Shown here: positions 48,266-61,026 of the stretch, one piece after another
Numbering within the stretch: the first letter of the stretch is position 1
How the letters are laid out: each line of letters starts with the position of its first letter
NCBI RefSeq assembly: GCF_038025025.1
Contig: NW_027117353.1
Span: forward strand, 310,001 to 374,000
Length of the DNA stretch: 64,000 nt
Direction of reading: 5' to 3'
DNA from: Phyllosticta citribraziliensis
Lineage: Eukaryota
Translations under genes and position numbers: made by a program
The notes under the pieces: model-generated
What the model was told of the DNA's origin: nothing
Databases searched by the model: none
What the model saw: the letters and a program-made list of their open reading frames with translations, nothing else

Positions 48266-48270
<5 letters not shown>

Positions 48271-48299
<29 letters not shown>
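48271..48299. repeat. (TG)n microsatellite in the PMP3 5' region
   Basis: About 14 TG units, read directly. Confidence 0.9.
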
Positions 48300-49380
48300 C
48301 TGTGTGAGAGGTGATGGGAGGAACGAGAAGCGTGGTGGAGAGGAGGCCGAGTGGTGGTATTTATTGGCGGACCTAGGCTACGAGCCGATGACGTACGGGT
48401 CCTGTCAAAGAGCTGGAGGTCGGTGACGCCTGCGCCTGCTGAGCCTTGGTTGTGAGGACTCCATCCGGCTGGACCCAACGCAATGTCCATCCGCGCATCC
48501 CGACGCCCCAGGCAGTCAGCCATCCATTTCCTCCTCCGCTGTGGCGCCACGCCTCCCGTTTGCTGTGCACTGCTCAAGACACTGATGAGCCTCGACTGCG
48601 CCAGCTTTCGCTTCGTTGTTGCCGTTCGAATCAAGTTTTTTCCTGCGCCACAGCCCGTCTCTACAGTGGCTGTATCGACGATCAGCTCTGCTCTCTGGAG
48701 CTCGCCATCTGCAAACGCCCTGTGGCAACCAGCGAGCTTAGCCAAACATGGCAAAAGGCCGTCATCTGATCTTGGAAGTAAAAACGCGGACTCAGCCCTG
48801 CTGCATCCTTCTGCCCGTTACCTTGGCATTCGCAGTCATGGCGCCTGCAACATCAAAACAAAAAGCCAACACTCAATAATCCGCACGCTGCGGACCAAAA
48901 GAAGTCCGCTTAAGCATATATTAAACTAGCGACCGTTCGCCGGCGGCTAAAGCTGAACCTGACAGCCCTGACCCTTGACCCCATTGTTGACTGAAACACT
49001 CCCTTGTTCTTGCCGTCAACCTGTTTGACAGGCTCAGAACTCGCTAGCTGTTTGGCAAAGCTTGATCATTCCTGCTTGACCTCAGACCAATGAGTCGAAG
49101 CAAATGTCCCACCACGACTATGCTGTCGTGTCACACTTCATCACCAAGTATTGGAGCAACATCAACTGCATGAATCAAAATCGTGGATATTTCGTTCCTA
49201 TCATTCTATACGCATTTGTGCCAATCATAAGCAAAAGGAAACTTCCTCCCCCTAATGGCCTCGCGGTTAACAAGATCCATTAGTCTCCCACCCAAAGTCC
49301 TTGCTTTTGGGGTACTGCATCCATTACCACTCTGCTTTTCCGACAGCTCCTCAGACGACCCCGTCTGCGCCAACAGGCGC

Positions 49381-51872
49381 TTAGATGAGGTTGGTGAAGG
49401 CACGGTTGACGGGCGAGCGGAGGGGCTTGACGTCCTTGTAGAAGTTGACCGTGGCGACGGCGCGCTTGGCAATGCCCTCGGGGGTGAACTCGAACTTGGC
49501 GTACACCTCCTTGTAGGGGCCCGAAGCACCGAAGCGGTTGAGACCAAACTGCTCGTGCGAGTACTTCTCCCAGCCAAGGGTCGACATGACCTCGACCGAC
49601 AGGGTAGGGATGCCGTCGGGGATGACCGACAGCCTGTAGTCCTTGGACTGGGCGTCAAAGACCTCCATGCAGGGCATCGAGACGACACGGGCCTCGATGT
49701 TGTGGCTGTCCTTGAGCGTCTTGACGGCCTCAAGGGCAATGCCGACCTCGGAACCGGTCGAGACAATGGTGACCTGGGCGTTCTTGTTCTCAAGAGCGAC
49801 GTAGCCACCCTTGATGCCGTTCTCAATGGTGGAGCCCTCGAGCTGGGGCAGGTTCTGGCGGGTAAGGGCAATGATGGAAGGAGTGCCCTTGGAGGTGAGG
49901 GCCATGTAGTAGGCAGCAGAGGTCTCGTTGCCGTCAGCCGGGCGCCAGACCATCATGTTGGGCAGGGCACGGAAGTGGGCAAGAGTCTCGATAGGCTGGT
50001 GGGTAGGGCCGTCCTCACCAAGACCAATCGAGTCGTGGGTGGCAATGTAGATGACGCGCTGGTGAGCGAGGGAGGAGAGGCGGACGGCACCGGCGGCGTA
50101 GGAGACGAAGTTGAGGAAAGTACCACCAGCGGGGATGAGGGTGCCGTAGGCAGAGATACCGTTCATGATGGAAGCCATGCCGTGCTCGCGCACACCGTAG
50201 CGCAGGTAGCGGCCAGACCACTCACCGATGCCGAGCTCGGGGGGCTGGAAGTCGACGGCAGACTTCCAGCGAGTGTTGTTGGAGCCCGTCAGGTCGGCGG
50301 AACCAGAGAGCAGCTCGGGGATGGTGTCGTAAATGGACTCGAGAACAGTCTCGGACAGCTTGCGAGAAGCAATGGCAGCGTCGGTAGGCTTGTAGGTGGG
50401 GAGCTTCTTCTCCCAGCCCTCGGGAAGCTTGCCGGCAAGACGGCGGGCAAGGTCGGCGTGGAGGTCCTTGTGCTCCGAGCCGTACTTCTCGAAGAGCTTG
50501 TTCCACTCAGCCTCGAGGGCAGCACCCTCGGAGGCCTTCTTGCCATACAGGTCGTAGACCTCCTTGGGGACGACGAAGGACTGCTCGGGGTCGAAGCCGA
50601 ACTTGGCCTTGACCTGCTTGATGTCGTCGGCCTTGAGGGGGTTGCCGTGGACACCACCGGTGCCCTGGAGCTTGGAGCCAAAGCCAATGGTGGTGGTGAG
50701 ACGGATCATGGAGGGCTTGTCCTTGACGGCCTGGCACTCCTTGATGGCCTTCTCAATGGCGTCAAGGTCGTTGTCACCGTCCTTGACCCAGACGGTGTGC
50801 CAGCCGTAGGCCTCAAACCTCTTGGTAACATCCTCAGTGAAGGCGCACGCGGTGTCACCGTCTGCAATTATTGTTAGCACAAAGTTCGATCAACCGTTCG
50901 AGTCTACTCACCAATGGAGATGTGGTTGTCGTCGTAGATGGCAATCAGGTTGCCGAGCTTCAAGTGACCAGCAGTGGAAGCAGCCTCGCTGGCAACACCC
51001 TCCATGGCACAGCCGTCACCGAAAAAGGTGTAGGTATAGTTGTCAACAAGGTTGTAGTTGGGCTTGTTGAAGACAGCGGCAGTGTGGGCCTGGGCGATGG
51101 CAAGACCAACGGCGTTGGAGAAACCCTGGCCAAGAGGACCAGTAGTGACCTCAATACCGGGGGTGTCGTGGGACTCGGGGTGGCCGGGGGTGATGGAGTC
51201 GATTTGCTTTGAAGAGTTTAGCGGGTCTGATCATCATGGTTGCAAGATAAGAACTTACGCGGAAAGCCTTGATGTCGTCCATGGAAACGGCGTAGCCGAA
51301 CAGGTGGAGCAGAGCATACTGGAGCATGCAGCCGTGACCGTTGCTAGATGATTGTCAGCGATGGTCCATAGCAGATTGCGACTGATTCAGTCGGAGAAGA
51401 GTTCCGCCAAGCCATTGCGTCACAGGTGAAAATTGAAGCTCCCAGCTAGAGGAGCACCACGGCCATCTTGCCGTCAAAAGACAAGATTGGGGCAAAAGAG
51501 CTCAATTTGCAGCTGTGCACACGGTGGAGCTAGAGAGACGTACGAGAGAACGAATCTGTCACGGTTGATCCACTTGGGGTTCTTGGGGTTGAACTTCATG
51601 AACTTGTTGAACAGGACGTGGGAGACGGGAGCCATGCCCATGGGCGCACCCGGGTGACCCGAGTTGGCCTTGGCGGTGGCATCGACCTGTAGGCAGGATT
51701 TGGGTCAGCATTGAAGGGTCTGGCGATGGAAAAGGACGTTGTTGAGAGTTTGGCGGGGTACAAGGTGAAGATGAGGGGGAGGGGGAGGGGCAGGGGCGGG
51801 TTTGGTTGGGCAACGTACGGCCAGCGTCCTGATGGTGTTGATGGCAAGCTGATCAATCTCTCCGTAAGCCAT
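49381..51872 (-). CDS. TKL1: Transketolase (introns 51687-51818, 51344-51543, 51207-51258, 50862-50911)
   Basis: [12 protein letters not shown]...[37 protein letters not shown]...[17 protein letters not shown] and [16 protein letters not shown]. Codon bias is extreme. Confidence 0.97.
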
Positions 51873-53104
51873 GATGGACGATTGATGCGAGGATGGGGAG
51901 AAAGAGTGGTGGGAGAGGAGGATGGGAGAGATGGAATGGATGGAGGGGAATGACGGAAGAAAAAGAGAACGGCGGGCGGGTTTGAGACGGGTGCATGGGA
52001 TGACGGCAGAATTGGTGGGGCGCCAGCCCCTCGGGAGCTGCACGCTGTAGTCCTGGCCGCCGCAGCCGCACTAGCCTGCCTACAACGGCGGCCATGTCTA
52101 TAGGCGGCGGCTTCATCGGACCAGCTGGAGCACTTTGCTGAGCCTGCCCTGCCCTCGCGTCGCGCGGCCTGACCGAGCATGCCGCCCGCGACTCAGACGC
52201 CGTCGAATTGCTTCCAGTCTGCTTCAAACGCCGTCTGCTGCTCGACTCGATAGTTCGTTTGGCTGCAGCAACAGGAGCTGCACTTCATCATTATCGTCTC
52301 CCACACACACTAGTCTACAACGCCTAGGTACGATGCATAGCGCAACTGTCGACCTACACGTGGCAGCCAGGAGCCAAACGGTGCTGGTAGGTCTTCTCTC
52401 CGCTTTCGGCTTCGTCCTCGCGCTTCTGAAGACCGTGAGAGCCGAACATGGCCCGACTTTGATCATCATCTGCACCAGGCTGTCTCTGCTGCTTCTCGTT
52501 CAATCATCTTTGTCAGCCCTGGCCTCGTCCGCCTACTCATCATTCCACCGGGATCAGTATTCCCCTCGCTCTAGGCCCTGCCCTGTGGACTTTGCACCCA
52601 ATCTCCGTCTGCCATTTTGAACCTGCTCTTCTCAATGGATCATTATGAGTATACTTTTGACTCATCAGAAAATGTGACAAGACCACAGGCCCGTCTGAAT
52701 CTGCTGTATAAATCACGTCTGCCCACAGTTGAGTAATCGCGACCTTGGTTCCCGGGGAGCCTTTGGCGAGCGAGATAAGATATGATCCCGTGCAGCTTGA
52801 CAAGCAGGTATATTGGAAGTCACAGGTTGCAAAGATCAAGTTCTGGACCAGGAAACTCGATTCGCGGAACAATATGTCCAGAAGAGGATTTGTATCAATT
52901 CAGAAATCCCTCTGCAGTCTCCTGCCGCATCCGCTCGTATCAACCTCCACTGATGCTGGCGGCGCTGGGCTCCGGGCCAGGTGCTGCAGGACGTCGACCT
53001 CTACAAGGATGCCTGCAATTTGTTCTACTCCCGGCTATGGTACAGCTTCACTTCTCGTTGGTGTGGAATGTGCCTTGGATCCGTAGCATCTAAAATCCCC
53101 TTTT

Positions 53105-53602
53105 TCACGACCTGACTACGCGGAGACCGTCCCTTGAAGCAGCAGCGTTCCTCAAGGACTGTCGTAATCTTGTCAGCAAGTGTCCACATGGTTGCCGCAT
53201 CTCGCAGTTGTCCTCACGTTGTCACACTCCTCCCAAGCGCGGCCAGCGCCAAAACCAAGACCCACGAATGCCGGCCACGCGCGGCGTTTGAACAAGAGGA
53301 CGGAGAAGACGATGCCGAAGGAGAGACCAAGGCCAGAGCGGATGAGCATGGAGGAGAGGCAGCGGTCCCACTGTTGTTTGCGCTCAAGGTCAGCCAGGAA
53401 CGGAGCCAAGGGTGGATTGCAGGATGACGGGCGACGAGCGGGAAGGAGCGGCGTGCATCTCACGCATGATCCGCAGAGCTCAGAGTTCTTGCGCCAGGTT
53501 TCTGCAGGGCAGACGCACCTTGTCGTTGAGCAGAGCCTCGCTCATGGGCCTGGTGGAGCGGACAGGCGCAGCGGGAGGCGTGGGGGTCTTGTCGTCGGCC
53601 AT
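53105..53602 (-). CDS. MIC10: MICOS subunit Mic10 (introns 53371-53518, 53159-53217)
   Basis: MADDK...SEALLNDK|WDRCLSSMLIRSGLGLSFGIVFSVLLFKRRAWPAFVGLGFGAGRAWEECDN|SLR, with GxGxGxG TM motifs and the FKRR loop. Confidence 0.93.
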
Positions 53603-53910
53603 TGTGGAGCGGGAGACGGCGACGAATGGGCAATGGCCTCAACGGATGTAGCGGTGGGCAGTGAGGAGCCGCTCGGCAGGCTGGATCGCGCGAGAGGATG
53701 GAGGCGTGGGTGTTGATGCGGTAGATGGAGCTGAAGTCTGTGTTTCGAGGCTAGCCACAGAGCTGCCGGTTTGAGACGTCGGCCTTGGCGTTTCGTGAGG
53801 CCGACACGCGGTGTGGCGTGGTGCCGGTGCGGTGCGGGCCTTACAGAAACTTGGAGCTGGCCGCCGGCCTTTTGCGCCAACGCATCTCCTCTCGCGCGGA
53901 GTGGTTGGAG

Positions 53911-56900
53911 ATGGCGCCCGTTGCTCAGGTACGACTCTGCCAAATCCTTCTTCCTCGTCGCACCCGAACATGCGCTCATGTCTTATTCCACAGTCCCCAG
54001 ATTCGCCCCCGCTGCGCAAGCTTCTCGCGCTTGATAACGACTTCCCGACCTTCGAGGGGAAGCTCGACCAAATCGAGTCCGTCTTGGGAGACCCTGACGG
54101 CGCCAGAGACTGCCAACATGGACAGGCCCCGTCACTCTACTACAGAGGGAACCCCAGGACCGAATGGGTTTTGCGATGGCTATTGACCAAGCTCAAGTTG
54201 GATGACAGCGATGGCCCGGCCGCGCGCTCCTCCTGGACCGCATGGCGACTTTTGACCAGAACCATCCTCGGACTACCTCCCTCTGTATCCGCAAAGGCTC
54301 TCAGTGTGCACACCTTTCTGCATACCCTCGAGAAGACGCTGCAAGACAACTTTGTGGACAAGCGCTCGCCAAAAGAAGATTTCGAGTCCACCAAACCGAA
54401 GACCACCAAGCCGTCTAAAAAGAGAAAAAGAGATGGGACGTTTTCGTCCTCCCTAGAGCGCAACGACCCTCTGGCCCTTTTTGATGCAGTCGTCGAAGCA
54501 GCTTCTACCGTTGTCGACCTAGGCTTCGACAACCTCGATGGCCAGGACAAGTCTGTCACGGAATTCGTCAAATCCGCATTACGCGCAGACATTGCGCAGG
54601 CCGCTCGTCTCTTCGGACTCTGGCTCCAGTCTGCGCATAGGCTCATAGCACAAGAATCGCTCGAGGAACGACCAGATTTGCTGGCTCGCATTCTCCCTCA
54701 GATACTTCGTATTTGGGAGGCAAGTGTGCCGGACCAAGGTGGCGAGGGGCAAAGTTCAGCCGAACAATTCTCGCAACATTGCCTAGTGCCTGCGGTCGTT
54801 CTCCTGTCTGATGTCACCGCCAAATCTTCATGTGACGATGGCACCAGCAATGGGAGTCTGACCATTGAATCAAAGATAAGCTCTGTGCTGGAGACTCTTT
54901 TGGCAAAGCACATTTTTGTACCTGCTCGCGCCGTCTTCTTCGCCGATGCTGAAGGGGGACGCTTCAAGTCCAAATCAACTTCTGCTCAGCTCTTTGACCG
55001 CAGCATCTCATTTCTCCTCAACCCTTTACGCGCGGCTTTGGACGGCAGAAGCGCAAACGTAAACAGCCCAGGCCCATTGGACTCTGATAGGCGCAAGGTC
55101 TTTGAAATTGTTGCTTCCCTCATGGACGTCTGCATTCGTTGCTCTCAGCGATCAACGCCAAAGAAGAGGCTCGACGAAGCACCGTGGCTCCAAAACGCAT
55201 TCACTGGACTCTGCGATTGTATCGGCGCCCCTGTTTACGGTTCCGCTGGGAAAATCGACGGCGACCGGAGAATGGTGCTCGACCGCATGATCGACACTTT
55301 GGCAAAAAGGAAAGCTACCCTCGAGTCCGAAGTTTTGGCAAATGTTGTCAAGTTCTATTCTGGCATTTTCGCGGGCGAGGATGAATTTCCACAAAAGTTT
55401 GATCATCGACTTCTTGCGCGGATCATTGACTACGACTCGACCGTCTTTGTCAATTCGCCCAGCAGTAGCTCCCAGGATGACGAAGCATCTCTGGCTGATG
55501 CGATTTTCAATGCAGTCACGCATGCCAGCAAGTTGATCACGAAGAATGATGGCGTGCTCATGGACTCTGTTGTTCTCCCGCTGCTCAAAGCTTACGCGCA
55601 AGTTCGCGATTTGAAAGGATTCATTTCGCGCTGGTTCGCCCAGCTCAAGAGCATCGGGATCTCTTCCTTCTCCATGGAAAAGTCGATCTGGGCTCGGAAA
55701 GAGCTTTCCATCGGACTGCGCGAGGTTCTCGAGACGAGATTAACGGCTCGGCAGTTGTTTGACATGTTTAGCGAGTACTTGCAGCGGGTGTCAGCATGCG
55801 ACACAATGTCTAAGAGCGCGGAACTGAACGAGGCCTCGGCCAGTCTCATCGTCCTTGACGCGTTGGTGAGCGCTTTGCAATCGGACGACACCATTGCTTC
55901 GGTGCAAGAAGTGTTGAGGTCAATCCAAAGGACCCTCTTTTTCTTCACTGGCGTTTCAAAAGAACCTGCAACTGTTGCAAGGGCGTTGCGCATTGTTGCC
56001 AGAGTACATGTACTTCTTCGGCCTTATCAAGAAGTTAACGAGGTCAAGAATGCTGCCGAAAGAGTGTTGAAAAAAGATGGCAAAAGTGTCGTGGAAATCA
56101 TCAAGGCTGCTGAAAAGTCCGACGACGACGAAATTGCTGCCAGAGGCCAGGAGGCGTTCAACCTTGTTGCCACGCTTTGCAGCGACTTCATGGCGATACT
56201 GGACCTAAAGGCGCCCGCGAAGGACCTTTTCAACGAGTCTGCTGCTGTCCTCTTCCGTTCCAACGACAAGGTTTTGAAGAACATTACTGAAGGAGCCAAA
56301 CGTCGCCGCACCGAGGATTCTGTCGCCGTGGCGACTTCCCGCTTGGAGTCTTTCACACTCAATGCTGCGGCTGTTCTCACTCAGTATCCCAGTCTTCTGG
56401 ATTTACCTTCGCTTGATTCCCTAAGCGATCTCCTCAGGCTCTTGTTCTGGCACGCGTTTGGCGAATTCGCGGGGCATTTCGAGTCTTCGCAGCCCATGTC
56501 CTTTGGCCTAGTGTTCGAGGCCATGTCAGACATCATCCTTTCCATGCCATCGCACGACCTTAGGGATGTGCTCTTCACCGTGCTCTACGAAGGCTTGGAG
56601 CCAGAGAGCAAGCAAGGGAAATCGAAGGACGTGCGCCACCAGCTGCTTGCTTTCTCAGAGCTGCAATACCTTCGCATGCCGTTGTCGGCCATTAGTCGAA
56701 AGCACCGCGAACAAATCGTCAACCGCCTCTGCGAACTCTGCTGCGGTTCTGGAAAGAAGGGCCCTAGCAGCGAGGCACTGTTCAGGCATCTCAGTGTTCT
56801 AGTCAAACTCATGGGAGCTCCAAATGCAACCTCAGAGCTTGCAACGGACACCGACAGCCTATGGAATATTGCCCGGCTTGTCCAGAAGACGACCCCGACG

Positions 56901-58659
56901 AACAAGGACCTCTTGATTCTACTTGACGAGTTGGTTTGCTCAACTCTGGAAAATACCATTTCGGTCAAGGATCAACCACGCGGCCAGCAGTACCTTAAAG
57001 GATTCAAAGACATTATGAGCCGCTTTGTCAAAGGTTGCAACACCTTCAAGGACCACAATGCTGAGCTCATATGCTTCAAGTCTGCGCTTCGCATCTTGGA
57101 GAAAGCTGATTGCCTGGGCGACGAAGAGGAGGCTTACAAAACAATGAAGCGCTACCTCAGGACTCTGGATGATGACTTGGACAAGGTCTTGCCTGACCCC
57201 AAGGCTTTGCGCGCAGAGGATGATGATGCGTTTTTGAAAGCTGTCTTGCAGGCCGTGTCGGATCTGCCCACGTCGAGCTTGGGACGCGATGGTATTGTAC
57301 AATTCGTGGATTCGTTTGGACCATGCTAACTTGTGGCAGGTTATCTTTTGAGCATCGAATCGAAGCTACTCAAGGTTGCTCGAGTGCAGAGCAAGTCGAG
57401 CTCGAGCATTTTGCAATCGGAGGCCTCATCGTGGGTTTCTATTGCAGAGGCCTTGGCCAATATATCAAGCCCCGATGAGGCTCAAACGGTCAGCACCATT
57501 ATTTACGACTTGTGGGAACTTGGTCAGTTTTGCAGACGCACTGGTTGGGATTCGGCTAACAAGCATCAGATCTTTCTGCGACCGACCGCCACGCGCTGCT
57601 GAAAGCTTGCCGTAAAGCTCTGGGCTCACTTGGTCTGGATCTGAGAGCAGCCATGCTCTCGTCCTTGGTCGAGGAAGAGGATCAGAGCACCCATGCTCGG
57701 CTGGTTTTGGCGAACATTCTGATATCTTCGTTGCCAGGTATGTCACAAATTTCAACACTGACAAGATTAAACTGACCGCGCCCAGATAATCCTGGAAAGG
57801 AAGAAATCTCCGGTCAAAGCCTGAATGGTTTCGTGGCTCGATTGAGTACATACCTCGAGACGGTCGAGAATATGCGGGACCTCCATGCGGCTCTCAACTG
57901 CATCGACACGGTTTTGAAGGAAAAGGTAGCCTGTCTGGCTTTGAACAACCCTGACACAAAATATTGACCTCTTTCCAGCACTGGCTCGTATCACAGTACG
58001 CTGTTGAAAGCCTGATCGAATCTCTCTCTCGTCTCTCTTCACCAGTCGGCCCTGAGTTGCCCGAAGACCAGGCATCCATCATCTACACTCGCATTTGCAA
58101 CACGACTCAGCTCATCATTGCCCTCCACCGCACGCGCCTCGGTGGTCGTTTCCACGTTCTGATCCCACTCCTGCAAAGACTCCTTCGATGCCTTTTCAAA
58201 TTCGACATGCGCCAAACGAACCTGGGCGCCAGTCTCCACCCGCCTTGGTTATCCACCCGCTCGGACTCCAGCCCCATGCATGTTGCCCAAGCCGCGTCCT
58301 TTGCTCGCCTCATCACCACGCTCTGCTCGCCCACCGTCAGTGCCGTTCGCGGCTTCCACCGCGCCCGCAAGCGGCCTGCCAACGGCCACACCGAGCTGGT
58401 CGACGACACGAAGAAGGCGCGCGAGTACGCTGGCCAGTATGTCACTGCGCTTATCGCTACATTCTGTGCTGCTCAGCTCGCTGGACGCATCTCGCCAGAA
58501 AGCAGGGCTGCGCTTATGCCTGCATTATACGCCTGTGCGGACGTCGTTGGCGTCGAGGGCATGCGGGCCATGAACGCGGGCATGGGCGCGGCCGAGCGAG
58601 CCATTTGGAAGGGTGTGTATGCCGACTGGAGGCGCTTCGGGCGGTGGGAAGGACGTTGA
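53911..58659 (+). CDS. URB2: Nucleolar pre-ribosomal protein Urb2/Npa2 (introns about 53929-53993, 57292-57339, 57523-57569, 57738-57785, 57926-57978)
   Basis: Large helical protein with N-terminal EWVLRWLL and C-terminal Urb2 domain HRTRLGGRFHVLIPLLQRLL...AREYAGQY...ALMPALYA...RAIWKGVYADWRRFGRW. Canonical splice sites chain the ORFs. Confidence 0.85.
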
Positions 58660-60431
58660 TCCATCAAAGTGGTCAGCTGAAGATGAAGACTTTTCCTAAA
58701 CATGTTCGTATCTTCCCCTCCGCGCATCGTCTGCCCTCTTTCTCCATATCTCTCTCCCGCCGCGATGGTGGTTTGCTCCGGGTGGAAAGTTCTGTCATCA
58801 TGAATGGCAACTCCTCCCACATCTTTGCTCCCCAGTCTCACTGTTTCACGCTCCACAGCTGTTGGACTACCAAATTGGCATTTCTATTCCCGTTCGTCTT
58901 GTTCGTCTTTTTCTCGTCAACTACCTTCCACCAGCAGCAGTGTACCGAGTTTGTCCATGCACATGCTTCTCGGTACAAAAAGTCCAAAAGTTCAGCCACG
59001 ACACCTAGTCAAAATTGCATATGAGCGCGGGCGTCTTTCCCATCTACATCGGCGTTTTTTTTTTTTGCTGCCTGTCTGTCTGTCTGTCTGTCTGTCTGTA
59101 CACAGGGTCTCTTTCTTGGATCGTCCCGCCTCCATCACGCATAGCCAGCAAGCAGCATGGCAGCGGACAGAGAGCACGAGGCGGACTTTGTAGTATGGTT
59201 TCGGTTGTATTTTTCTTGTACAGGGTCGTCTCTCCCCGGCCGCGAGGGGAAACCTATAAATCGAGTCGTGAATCAATGGATGCTTACTCCACATGGCGCG
59301 CTGCACGTGGCATACTTCCCGTCTACCTACGTGCCATAGCACGCGTCTGACTTGAGCGTTATGGAGCCGCAACCGACACAGGACGACGGGCGTCGTCACA
59401 AGGCGAGCATGGCAGGCGCAATTACTACTCGATGTAGGATGACATCACACGCGCTGCGCGCACCCGCGCACCGTGCCATCGCCTCGTCGCCATTCCCTCA
59501 TTGCTGACCACCACCACCAGCCCTGCCTCCACGCGCCACCCGCACGCCCACGCGCCTCCTCTCTTCCTGCGCAGCGACGTCAGTCACGCACGCCACGCAC
59601 GCAGGCACGATTGAATAGCCGTCGCAAATTAACACTAGCAGCAGCGCATGCATCGTCGGAGAAGAGGAGCGGAGTGAGAACAGATGTCCAGTGCGTGTTT
59701 TTGATACCAAGTTAGCCGGATGCGGTGTAGGCAGGTGCTTTTTGGCTCATTTCTGGAACCTTGGCGGGCGTGGGGGCAGGGGGGTGGTGGTTGTGGATGC
59801 CTGGGTTGGGTTGGAAAGGAGGTGCTGTTGTTGGCTGGGTGGTTGGGTGGGTGGCAGGGATCTGGGGTTTGGTTTTGATGTGTACTTTCAATCGGGTAGA
59901 CGTTCGATGATTGAGCTGCTGTGCTCAATTGAACGAGGAGGTGGAGGAGTAGGAGCAGGAGAGGAATTTCTCAGGGGAGGTTGATTCGTGTCCTGGGATG
60001 AATGAGTCGTTGTGTAGCGCTGGAGTTGTCTTAGTTGTTTGATGCGTTGTTTCCGATCAGCCAACACCCTTGGATCTGGTGGCCGCGGAGGTGGACTCAG
60101 AGAAGGACAAGTTTGGCTGGACGAACTGATTCCGCGCAAGAACTGTAGAGGGAAAGACACTTGCTTTGAGGAAGAGAAAGAATTTTGTCGTCTGCGTCTC
60201 CGCTTGCCTCTTTGGTCAAGGCCGTGGCGGTCCCGTGACCAAGTCAAATTGGACGACTCGTCGGTCGGCTTGATGGATCCATCATCTCCCCACGAACCCA
60301 CCGACGCGCCAGTTTAGCTCGGGACCGTCAGTATTTCTCCGCAAGACGATACGGGAGACATGTCGAAGAGTTGATGTATGTGAGCACTGACGAGATCCTA
60401 TCGAGTCAACTAGCGACGGCCAGGGCAGCAG

Positions 60432-60863
60432 CTTATCAGCCAAGCGATAAAGCGACGTCAGACGATCCTTCTGGGGCATTTTTTCTCAGCCCTGGGAAAG
60501 CCGTGTGCATGCACAAGTGGCGCCGACAAGAGATGGCTTCCATGGACGAGGGAGGCCCGAGTGCAGTACATCCCACACGCGCCCGCCCAGGGCCAGCAAA
60601 GGGATGCTTGCTAGGGTCGCCTCTAGCTCAGCCTGGCCGTTGAGCGTATAATGGTTTCAAGATAAGGCAGAGCAGCACTGTATCCTCGGGGGATGGCCGC
60701 TCCCTACTACGCACTTCGTCACGCGCGACCGTTGTCTCTGATTTTGGCGCGTCCAGGCGAGCACAGCATAAAACATTAAGAAGTGCCCTTGGTCGCCATT
60801 CTCAGCGGAGATATTCAACCCTGAGTCTTGGACATTACCGCACGGCAACGGCGCAGCGATAAG
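60432..60863. promoter_or_regulatory. Four HGATAR (AreA/NIT2-type GATA) sites upstream of the NCS1 permease
   Basis: CTTATCA at 60432, CGATAA at 60445, AGATAAG at 60660 and CGATAAG at 60857. Confidence 0.5.
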
Positions 60864-61026
60864 GATCTTGCTCCCGCAGTGGTCAACATCCCGGCCACAG
60901 ACGGCCCCTAGCTCACTTTGGACGCACCCGACCGCCGTTTCTTCTGCTCTCTTTGGGGGACCATCTACTCCACGGCAACAATGTCGCGCGGGCGCCGGTA
61001 TTATATGACTAGCCTCTTCTCCCGCC

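Noticed and set aside
49255..50877. 540-aa + strand ORF antisense to transketolase
   Set aside because: Highly biased genes avoid TTA/CTA/TCA codons, which leaves the antisense frame open. It has no independent domain.
51344..51543. TPP riboswitch in the transketolase intron or near the NCS1 permease
   Set aside because: The aptamer consensus (GCTGAGA...CCTGA...GATAA...GCG) is not present on the sense strand at either site.
52360..53090. Short protein-like minus-strand ORFs between TKL1 and MIC10 as a possible pseudogene
   Set aside because: No recognisable family or consistent exon chain, so it cannot be supported without a homology search.
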